Source: Hyphochytrium catenoides (taxonomy: Eukaryota > Protista > Hyphochytriomycota). Taken from it: 36,545 nt of DNA. A model generated the notes under the pieces. It was given only the letters and a program-made list of their open reading frames with translations, did no database searches and had not been told where the DNA came from. Below, in pieces: positions 22,940 to 31,944 of this stretch. The position numbers were made by a program, and so were the translations under genes. Where the stretch lies: NCBI GenBank assembly GCA_900088475.1, contig FLMG01002913.1, positions 1 through 36,545 on the forward strand. The letters are read 5' to 3'. How positions within the stretch are numbered: the first letter of the stretch is position 1; every line of letters begins with the position of its first letter.

Positions 22940-24262
22940 ATGGAGCATCCAGGCTCCTTAATGATGTCTCTTATGCTGGGTGCGGTTATTCTGACCTGTG
23001 CGATAGGGGTGCGACGCTGCCTGATGCCTTTCTTGGACCCCATTCGCGTCGATATCGGTGCAGGGGCCTTCGCGGAGAAGATCGTATGGCAAGTACATCC
23101 CAGACTCTTTTAGAGTAACAGCGACATTCTCCCCTACGGTTCTAACCTTCTAATATTGCGCTCAGGATAACCGGTGCATCTTCTGGCATCGGTAGAGGTG
23201 AGCGGAGCTAGACTGTTATAGATTGCTGTTTGAATGACAGCTTATAAAATGTCCAGAATGCGCACTGCGCTTCGCCCGCGGGGGAGCCACACTCATTCTG
23301 TCTGCGAGAAATCTGGAGAGATTGCAAGCGGTAGCTGAGGAATGCCAAGCTCTGCAGCCGAAGGGTATCGTCCCTACTATACTCGTCCTAGATCTAGGAG
23401 TCACAGATGAGTTAGAAAGCAAGACCCGACTTGCAGAGGCTACACATGGAAGGATTGATGTTGTGGTCCATTGCGGCGGCTCCAGTAGTCGCAGCTTAGT
23501 CGAAGAAACATCGTGGAGGTCAGTTGCTGCGTAGTTGCATTGAGCGAACCCCGTTGCTAATGCCTGGTTCCTCATTACCATGATTCACAGAGTCCACAAG
23601 CTTCTGATGGACGTAAATTTCCTCTCCAGCGTCGCGATCACGCAAACCTTGCTGCCCGGCATGCTGCGAAGAGGCTGTGGCCATATTGTCGTCATGAGCA
23701 GCGTGCAAGGGCTTCTCAGCGTCCCATTCCGCAGCAGCTACTCAGCCTCCAAACATGCTTTGCATGGCTTCTTCAATGCTCTACGTGCAGAGGTTGCGGG
23801 GCGAGGCATTGGTGTCACTGTTATATGCCCGGTATGACGTTATCTTTTTTTTTGTATGGGTGTTGTGGCACAAGGTGAATTCCTCGCCATGATATTCTTG
23901 CTCTCAGGGCTATGTACGAACGTCACTTTCTGATAACGCAATCATGGGGGATGGCAGCCGCTATGGAAAGACTGATAAGACTACAGCTTCGGGTATGATT
24001 CCGGCGGCAGTGGCCGCCATCACTGTTGATGCGGTCCTTCACGGCAAGCATCAGGTAGAGTCCCTATGCCCTGTAGGCTATACGAAAGTGTGCTTATCAG
24101 TAAAGTCATTAGGTGATTATTGCCAAGACGTACATCCGCCTGGCCCTTATTCTGCAATGTATGGCTTTTGATCTTGTTTGCCGCTTAATGAGATCTAGAT
24201 CAGAAAAACAGCGCACATCCGCTCGCGAGAGTCAAGAGCACCTGCTAGAGAGGTGCAGATAA
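22940..24262 (+). CDS. Membrane-anchored classical short-chain dehydrogenase/reductase (DHRS7/DHRS7B-like), about 326 aa
   Basis: Exons 22940-23088, 23166-23197, 23257-23518, 23591-23831, 23908-24054, 24113-24262. N-terminal hydrophobic anchor, then KIVWITGASSGIG, LILSAR, SSVQG, PFRSSYSASKHALHGFFNALRAE, ICPGYVRTSLS.NA..GDG..YGK.D. Confidence 0.93.
23089..23165 (+). other. Non-canonical GC-AG intron (77 nt)
   Basis: TG|gcaagt...ttctaac...ctcag|G ATA ACC GGT restores W-ITGASSGIG. The nearby GT donors at 23084 and 23093 give the wrong frame. Confidence 0.8.
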
Positions 24263-24323
24263 CAACAGCGTGATCTATCAAGCCTACAATTACACGTTCC
24301 TTCCATTGAAGACACTTTTCATC

Positions 24324-24396
24324 ATGACCTAACCTTAACCTCTAGACTAGGAGGGCCAATGCTTCCTACAAAAAGTGAACTCTTAGGTTAGGTCAT
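24324..24396. repeat. 12-bp inverted repeat built from TTAGG-like units, between convergent 3' ends
   Basis: atgacctaacct (24324-24335) versus aggttaggtcat (24385-24396), with a 49-nt spacer. Confidence 0.75.
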
Positions 24397-24474
24397 TCAG
24401 ACGGAAGAGAAAAGGCTACACTGAACAAGAACGAACCATATATATTTTCTTTTTACAGTTTGTCGAACGATAAT

Positions 24475-25362
24475 TTAATGGATGGCAGAGGCCACTGCAG
24501 CAGATAGGGCTAGGACTATAGTACCCATCCCGATGGGGCAAACGGTGATGGCCGCACTTTCTGCCGTTTTAGTTTCTCCGACGGCTTCGGAGTCTCCTTC
24601 AGGAGGACTAGTCTCTTCAGGCTCCGAAGAATTAGTCTGATTACTGCCAGCCTGTGTGATTGGCTTATCATCTATGGAGTCCTTTTCCGACTCGTCATCT
24701 GTAGGAGAAACTTCCTCAGAGTCAGAGGATGGGCTACCTGCGGTTGGCGACATCAAGTCCTCTGGTGCAGGAGTTGGGGCAGCACTCGTTGACATATTGG
24801 TTGGCGTTGGGGTCCTGCCAGTTGGCACCGGAACAGTTGGAGTGGGCGCGGGAGATGGCTGTGGAGCACGGGTTGGAGCGGGAGTCGGTGCCTGAGTTGG
24901 GGCCGGGGTAGGTGTCGGGTTATCAGGAGTAGGAGTCGGCGCGGGAGTGGGGGCAGGGGTTGGAGGAGGGTCCTGAATGGATCTGCAATCCCCCAGAAGG
25001 CAGCCAGTCGCCGTATAATAGCGTTCTAAGAGACATTTAGCCTGCCGAGGTGCGATGGGATTCTGTGGCGGTAAACCCGGGCTGCTGCAGAGTGCCTTTC
25101 CGCCGCAGGTGATGTAAGGATAATTGTTTATGTCAACCTTGGCAGCTTTTCCCGAGGGGCACCTGAGGCATATCATGCCAATGGCGTTCGACCGAAACTC
25201 ACCGGCTTTGCCGAATTCCGAGGAACAGTCATAGGCATTGAAGGTTACTTCAATGCCACCATCACAATCGGAGACTACCTTACATTCATCAACATCGTCT
25301 GCAGAGACCCCAGACTGTACTAATGCCAGTACAACCGCAAATGCTAGCGCCAAAACTCGCAT
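24475..25362 (-). CDS. Secreted, probably GPI-anchored surface protein: 10-Cys head, PTPAPT mucin stalk (295 aa)
   Basis: ATG 25362 gives signal peptide MRVLALAFAVVLALVQSGVSA. A domain of about 100 aa with 10 Cys follows, then Pro/Thr repeats, an acidic Ser/Glu/Asp linker and a hydrophobic C-terminus (..ESAAITVCPIGMGTIVLALSAAVASAIH). Single exon. Confidence 0.87.
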   Translation of the reverse strand: MRVLALAFAVVLALVQSGVSADDVDECKVVSDCDGGIEVTFNAYDCSSEFGKAGEFRSNAIGMICLRCPSGKAAKVDINNYPYITCGGKALCSSPGLPPQNPIAPRQAKCLLERYYTATGCLLGDCRSIQDPPPTPAPTPAPTPTPDNPTPTPAPTQAPTPAPTRAPQPSPAPTPTVPVPTGRTPTPTNMSTSAAPTPAPEDLMSPTAGSPSSDSEEVSPTDDESEKDSIDDKPITQAGSNQTNSSEPEETSPPEGDSEAVGETKTAESAAITVCPIGMGTIVLALSAAVASAIH

Positions 25363-27870
25363 TATACTGTGGAAGATGGGCTGGGCCCGCTGAGATAGCG
25401 ATGGCGTGAAATTCGGCGGTGGCAAATGTTAAAATGGCATTGTTGATTCCTCTGAGACAAGATCCTCAAAGTCCACAAAGGTGGATTGCGGTCGCATTCT
25501 TGTATAAGAATGTAAGGCGAGTCACTTCCCCGAGGAGTGATGAAGCCAGTTGCCTCGTAGAAGTAGTGCCATTCGCTATTGATTCACAGGCGAGCTGGTC
25601 TCAGAGTAGTCTCCGAGTAGCAGGGAACTAAAAGGGTCATATCCATAGCCATCACTACAAAGTTTGTCTTGCCATCTTTGGCTCTATTCGCACCGAGAAG
25701 TGTTGGGAAAGCACGGAAAGTTCTCTGAGTAAAGTTGGAACTCCCCTGCCTTGGCACACCTTGATTGAGACCAGAGGAAGGAATTAAAAGTGGATCCCTG
25801 CCTGTCTCAGCCTTAGGTCGCCAAGTTAAAGAAAAGAGGTCAAAGTAGCAAGATAATTATCAGTAGTAGTGCAAATGGAATGAGACCTATTGTTCTCCTT
25901 GCTAGCTGCCTGCACCTATCTTCAGGGAAAGAAGGACATATACCTCGCGCTTTTGGGGTTACCGCTTTGGTGCCTGTAATTTACTACCGTATGCACATCA
26001 AATCCTCTACTTTTGAAGGAACGTTAGAGATGAGTTGAACGTTATAAGTAGTATATACCAATTTAACACCTGCCATATTTGGAGTCCTTCTTGCTGGCAC
26101 CTCCGCTGTCTCCGTTCGTCACATACGACAATGTGCCTGTCGCTGCAGCCAAATCGCAGGCCCTACTTCTTAGTCTATGGGCTGGAACTGCCTCTCAAAG
26201 ACAAATGACAGGAACGGTGGGATGGGCTTTGAGCTCGCTCAACCCAGTCGATAAAATTCCATCACTTCACTGTTCAAGCAAGCCGATAGGTAATGTACAA
26301 GTACCTTGGAGAAGTGTCCAGTCTGTTTGGCTGCTAATGTCCTCCCCAGGCTTGTACCCTCTTACATTGAGTCAAACGTCAACCTTTGCTTGTACATAGG
26401 ACTACTGCCTCACCACTTCCAAGTCTACAACTGCATAAGACGCAGTGGGTTGACAGTAATGCCTTCTAAAGCTATGCGGCGGCACATTGCACTCTTACAG
26501 CCGCACTACCCCTATTATTTAGGCTAAATGGTACAGGCAGAGGATCTGCTGTCTACCACTGTAAACGCAAGTATCTAAGGGCACTACAGTTTTGCATTTT
26601 TAGAAGAGCTGATGAGCCTGGGTCTCGCGGCAACTGGACTGGAAACTGGAGTTCGGGATGGTGCATAAATAACTAGAGCTATTTTTTGTTGTCCGCCGAC
26701 CAGCGGCGGCAGGGTATTAGTTCTACCGCACAACAAACGTTGATACCGCCATGTGTTGGCTCCCAGCTGCTGGCCTAGGAGATGGATGAACCCATAATGC
26801 CCTATATTTCTACAGTGATGCATAGAAACGAGTAGCAAGGCACAGTGACAGTGACCAACCCTTGGACCAACCTTCACTTTGGCCTTCCCTTTGTGCTGCT
26901 GCCGCCGGAGCTCCGATTTCTTCTCACGCTGGACACGATGGCAGGTGCTCGTCCTATCACTTTCCCTACCTGCCGCCTCTACTACTAGCACTATGGACAA
27001 TCGAGAGGCACGGAAAGTTACCTCTAGTAGGTCATTGTCTTTGTAAACAAAACACCGAGCAGTACCCCTTTCACACTGATGTGATTGTTGCTCTTCTGCT
27101 TCTCTTGTCGCGGGCAAGTTCGAAGGCCTTAATACATGTTAAGATAACGGCAGGTACCAAAACCTTTAGATTATATAGCTGTCTTAACTCTTCCGTTTGC
27201 GGAGTTGGCCTCTGTCTAGGACAACTGTCTTAGGTGCCCTCCGTCGTCGAGATCTTGTTCGACTTCCGGACTCGAACTTTGTTACTCGGACAAAGGGATA
27301 CTAACTCTGCGCTTGATCTGGCAAGGCCGATTTCGCTCTCAAACACTGATACACCCACCAACCTTGGGGATATCCAAGTCCACGGTTGATTGTCTGTACA
27401 GGTCCATATTCACACTACTAGAAGAGGCTGAGTCGAACGTTCGAACGGATATGGTCCTATCATAAGCTGCTGCTCGCTTACCGAAGAGTGCTATTTACCT
27501 AGCTGCGTTCAGTCCATCGATTGTGATCACTCTACCATGTCCTCACTATCTGTTTAGGTGCGAACATGCATGATCATTAGATAGTCCTCCCATCACCAAG
27601 GCAACTGACAGCTCACCAACAGAGCCCACCGTTCGAGCCCAGAGAGTCGTCACTACTATGTTTGTTCGTATGAAGCCTATCCTCTTCATCTTTTAGTTCG
27701 CGTAACAGTGCCCTTTCAAATGCTCAACTCACACTTTCTCTTGTAAGTGGAATGAAGTGCAGGAAACCTCACCGATCAATAACATAGCTCTTTCATTGAT
27801 GACAGTTGATCTTCATTGACTCTCTATGACGAAGGGCCTGTAGCCACCTCTTATTAGCAATTTTTAGCTA

Positions 27871-30800
27871 CTACCTCTTCTCGTGGTTTATGTATTTAGA
27901 CGTGAGCATTGCCATCACCATGAACACCAGCGCAAAGCATCCTAGCAAGATTGCATCCAGGTCCAGATTGTCATAGCTGAAGCTATTGTTAAAGAAGAAT
28001 TCAACAAATGCGCTGACAGTCACTGGAGAGCCTGTAGCTGGGGACTCAATCAGGCGCTCATCTCCGTTGAATTGTGTCACGATCACTCCCTCGTAGAAGT
28101 AATGCAATGGATTGATCCAGTAGAACCAGACCCAGACCCTGGTCATATTGTTCTCATTAATCAGCAAGCCCATGAACATTGCGTTCAAACTGAAAATGAG
28201 CCCGCCAAGCAAGTTCGCTACCTTCAGGTTGGGTGTAAAGTTGACGATTGTAAGCGCTGCCATGTTCCCGACGCACATGACAAGAAAGAGAAGAAGATAG
28301 AACCAGCCAAATGCAGAGCTTTCCTCGTTATATCCGATCGTCCAGTAGAGAATGTTGGTAAACACAGTGGCGTAGACGATATTCAGTGGAATCTGGACTA
28401 CTGCCCACGCTAGAGTGTAGGTGACCACGCTGTAATAATTAGAACTTCGCTCTTTGTAGAACAGATGGCGCTCTTCATCGATAGGAACGAGCTCAGGCAG
28501 GCAACTGATAATCCATGACGCTTGAGAGACAAAGAAGATGGAGGCGAAGATTGCAATGAGGTCGGTAGTGCTGGTGATGTTGTCATACCCAATGCCAGAG
28601 TAGGTCGTCCCAAGAAGGAAGCAGAGGAAAGTGAATGTGCCAATCTTGCTAGCCACCGTATCAGGGAGTCGGTATACTCTGCGCGCTAGGCGGTTGCTTA
28701 GAAGCCAGAGCTGAGTGGCATATGATGCAAGGTACCGGTGAGACGAGACTGCGTCCTCGTCTTTAAACCCTTCCTCGGAGGGTCCCAGCTGCTTTGTCCG
28801 CGCAGCAACTTCTTCTAACGCCTTTCGGATTTCTTCCCTGAGCTCACTCTGGGCATAGCTCTCTGCGTACTTGAGGCCAAGCGGAAGTCCAGTCTCTGGA
28901 TCAAGTACTTCATCCTTAGCACCGGCACCAATGACTTCCAACATCCATGAAGCGGGGTTCTGACCTTCTTGATAAGGTAGAGAACCAGGGATGGACTGGA
29001 AGTACCTAATGAGATTTGCGCTCCGGGCTCCCAAGACCCCAGAAAAGATTATCCTCCCAGAGTGCAGAAGCAGCAGATCATCAAAGCGCTCAAAAAGCAG
29101 AGCAGACGGCTGGTGGACCGTGCAGATAACAGTTCTTCCCAAATTGCTGACCTTCTTGACGACAGAGATCACATTCAGTGCCGCTCTTGAGTCAAGTCCA
29201 GACGTTGGTTCGTCCAAGAAAAGGATGGAGGGGTTGGACACGAGCTCAATGCCCACCGACAATTTCTTCCGCTGGCTGAGGGTGAGGGCATCACCTCGTG
29301 TAAGGGATATGTCAGATAGCTCCAGTACGTCCATCATGCTCTCTACAAAGCTTTGCCTCTGCTCTTTTAAAAACCCTTTAGGCAACCGCAAGCTGGCTGA
29401 GAAGACCAAGCTCTCTTTTACGGTGGAAGATCTGCTTATCCGATCGAACTGCTCAACGTATGCTGTCATATTTTGAAACATCTTGTCCGTAAGAGCCTCC
29501 CCGTTAACTAGCATTCTCCCTGTAATAACCCCAGTGTTCTTCCTACGAGCCAGAACATCCAGCAGAGTCGTCTTCCCAGCGCCGCTCGCTCCCATTAGTG
29601 CTAGCATCTGACCTGGGCGTGCGATACCGTCAATACCCTGAAGAATCTTTTTCTCCATCTTCTCTTTTCTGCTTCGCGTGATCGTGACAGAGTACCCAAG
29701 ACTATGCCATGAGAGAGTAGCGGGCATGAAGGGGATTGAATTGAGGAAGGAGGTATGGAAGTCTCTGGAGACTAGCTGAACCTTTTCTCTAGCCAAAAAA
29801 GAAAGCCCGCTAGCCGTTTTATCTTGTCCTCCATCCAACAGCGAAGAGAAGGCTGCTCTAGGTGTTGTCGCTCCGTCTGTTGCGGTCCCCTCCTCCAGTC
29901 TGGAAGGAGATTCTGCCTGGAGCGCACGAATTGCAGTCTGATCTTCCGGATTTGCTTCTGCTACCTCTGGATCTCGGTGGCCGCGGCTCACGTCCTCATA
30001 CGTGCAAAAGGTAAAGCCCAAGGTGTTCAGTGCCCAATAGAATACCGCAAAGCCCACAAGAACTAGAGGTGAGACCCAATACCAAAAGCTATCCGTGCTG
30101 ATATCATAGGTATCCATGAATCTTTCTCCCAGAGTCGAACCGTTTACGGCCTGATCGAAGTCACCGGACTCCAAGAACTCATTCTGAGCTAGCGCACGGA
30201 ATGCGTAGGTGATTGGGTTGATCCAATAAGCCCATATCCAGCCCGCGGGAATGAGGTCTGCACCAATAGAGAATCCACCGAAGCACATGGTAGTCATTAT
30301 TAGGACACCACCCATAGCCTGTGCAACGACGGCCGACGGTGCATATGCGACTGCTAGAATCATCAACTGGTTGTTAGACACGTTCAAAAGGAACATTATC
30401 AGGAGGTTGTAGAAGAAGAGCCCGGCATTGGAGGCCAAGCCTCCCAACCAGTAAACCAAAGTGCCATAGAGAACAGCCTCAATTAGCTCCACTGGCAGTT
30501 GCGTCAGAGATGAAGAGAGTGTAAAGGTCCAGCTAGGGAAGAAGTTACTCCTCTGCTGTCGATAGAACATGGCTCTCTTCTCCATTGCCAACGGAATGCG
30601 TGTAAGGCCCAGATTAGCCAGGAAGGCTAGGTTGTTCCATAAATAGTTGATCCGCGTTTGGAATTGTTCTTCCGATATCTGATAGAACAACGTTCCCACC
30701 AACACTCCCATGAAGATAGATTGCACTATCCGAGAACGCAAGAGAACAACGTCACGCCATACAACCTTCACCTCGCGCTGGAAGACCAGTGAAAGGTACC

Positions 30801-31944
30801 GATACCATGGCAGTTGGTACTTCGTCGTTGGGAGGTCGCTCTTCTCTAGCACGGTCAGCGGACCCTCATCCAAAGTATTAAAGAGCTCGAGTGCGAGGGG
30901 GGATTTCTGGAACTCCAGTGCAAACTCTGAGGAATAGACTGGAATCGGGCGCGCGATATTCCGTTTCCTGTTCTGGGCTCTGAACATCTTGTTACTTGAT
31001 GTCGTGACGATTTGAATAAAATCGGCTGCGTCCACACGGGATGGGCAGATGTAACCAATGGACTCAAAGTACGGCAAGAGCTGTTCTCTGGGGCCATTGT
31101 AGACCATTTCCCCCTCAGAGAGAACGATGATGTTATCAAAGAGCTCATACACCTCCGGAGGAGGCTGGAGCAATGCTGCGGCAATAGTAAAGTTGAAATC
31201 GGTACAGATCTTCTTAAGAACCTTTGTGATATCAACGGTCGCTGAAGTATCCAGGCCGGTAGAGAACTCGTCCATAAAGAGCGTGGTGTACCCGCCAGCT
31301 AGAGTTTCTCCCAGTGAGACTCTCTTCTGCTCACCCCCACTGATGCCTCGAAGCTCCGCACCGCCCACCATAGTATCAGCGCACTTGCCGAGCCCTAGAA
31401 TGCGAAGAAGAGACTCCTCCTGCTTCTTTAAGTTGGCCTTTCTCTCCTCCTTAGATCCCCTTCCGTTGGCGCTTGCATCCGCAGCCTTGATCTCTAAAGC
31501 AAATCGCAATGTCTCTCTAACCGTAAGGGTAGGAATATTGAGATCGGTTTGCTGCATATAACCGATGACGTTTCTGACCTCCACGTCCCTCTGATCAAGA
31601 CCACTGTAACTCACTTCACCCTCCAAAGTGACCTTGCTCGTTCCGAACCAACCTTTCTCAGGCTTGCTCTTCGCAGCACTCCGATAGTAGCCTGCACTTA
31701 CTCGAAGGAGACTGGTCTTGCCGCACCCGGGAGGGCCAAGGACAAGAGTCATAGATCCTGGCTTGAAGGCCGCATTTATATTCCGAAGAATGGACTGTTC
31801 CCCAAACCCCAGGCTAACATTCTTTAAATGTACTTCTAGCGGCTTCTTGAAAGAGGCAGAATCTTCGAAGACGCCCAGGCGGGAGGTCAGCGGCCCATGG
31901 TTGACGCGTCCCTCCTCCACGTGGAGGACTTGAGCCTCCTCCAT
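27871..31944 (-). CDS. Full-size ABCG / PDR-type ABC transporter (1357 aa), intronless
   Basis: NBD-TMD-NBD-TMD order. NBD1 GPPGCGKT, ISGGEQKRVS, LFMDEFSTGLD, LLQPPPE. NBD2 MGASGAGKTTLLDVLA, LTLSQRKKL, LFLDEPTSGLDS, CTVHQPS. WIWAYWINP and NPASWMLEVIGAG motifs. First ATG at 31944; the ORF track starts at an upstream TTG. Confidence 0.97.
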   Translation of the reverse strand: MEEAQVLHVEEGRVNHGPLTSRLGVFEDSASFKKPLEVHLKNVSLGFGEQSILRNINAAFKPGSMTLVLGPPGCGKTSLLRVSAGYYRSAAKSKPEKGWFGTSKVTLEGEVSYSGLDQRDVEVRNVIGYMQQTDLNIPTLTVRETLRFALEIKAADASANGRGSKEERKANLKKQEESLLRILGLGKCADTMVGGAELRGISGGEQKRVSLGETLAGGYTTLFMDEFSTGLDTSATVDITKVLKKICTDFNFTIAAALLQPPPEVYELFDNIIVLSEGEMVYNGPREQLLPYFESIGYICPSRVDAADFIQIVTTSSNKMFRAQNRKRNIARPIPVYSSEFALEFQKSPLALELFNTLDEGPLTVLEKSDLPTTKYQLPWYRYLSLVFQREVKVVWRDVVLLRSRIVQSIFMGVLVGTLFYQISEEQFQTRINYLWNNLAFLANLGLTRIPLAMEKRAMFYRQQRSNFFPSWTFTLSSSLTQLPVELIEAVLYGTLVYWLGGLASNAGLFFYNLLIMFLLNVSNNQLMILAVAYAPSAVVAQAMGGVLIMTTMCFGGFSIGADLIPAGWIWAYWINPITYAFRALAQNEFLESGDFDQAVNGSTLGERFMDTYDISTDSFWYWVSPLVLVGFAVFYWALNTLGFTFCTYEDVSRGHRDPEVAEANPEDQTAIRALQAESPSRLEEGTATDGATTPRAAFSSLLDGGQDKTASGLSFLAREKVQLVSRDFHTSFLNSIPFMPATLSWHSLGYSVTITRSRKEKMEKKILQGIDGIARPGQMLALMGASGAGKTTLLDVLARRKNTGVITGRMLVNGEALTDKMFQNMTAYVEQFDRISRSSTVKESLVFSASLRLPKGFLKEQRQSFVESMMDVLELSDISLTRGDALTLSQRKKLSVGIELVSNPSILFLDEPTSGLDSRAALNVISVVKKVSNLGRTVICTVHQPSALLFERFDDLLLLHSGRIIFSGVLGARSANLIRYFQSIPGSLPYQEGQNPASWMLEVIGAGAKDEVLDPETGLPLGLKYAESYAQSELREEIRKALEEVAARTKQLGPSEEGFKDEDAVSSHRYLASYATQLWLLSNRLARRVYRLPDTVASKIGTFTFLCFLLGTTYSGIGYDNITSTTDLIAIFASIFFVSQASWIISCLPELVPIDEERHLFYKERSSNYYSVVTYTLAWAVVQIPLNIVYATVFTNILYWTIGYNEESSAFGWFYLLLFLVMCVGNMAALTIVNFTPNLKVANLLGGLIFSLNAMFMGLLINENNMTRVWVWFYWINPLHYFYEGVIVTQFNGDERLIESPATGSPVTVSAFVEFFFNNSFSYDNLDLDAILLGCFALVFMVMAMLTSKYINHEKR

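Noticed and set aside
25419-27800. ORFs of 70-177 aa, including a CPVC motif
   Set aside because: No coherent domain or splice model; a single CxxC is not enough to call a RING or zinc finger.
28072-31933. Numerous plus-strand ORFs over the ABC transporter
   Set aside because: Antisense shadows of a long real CDS, with no motifs of their own.
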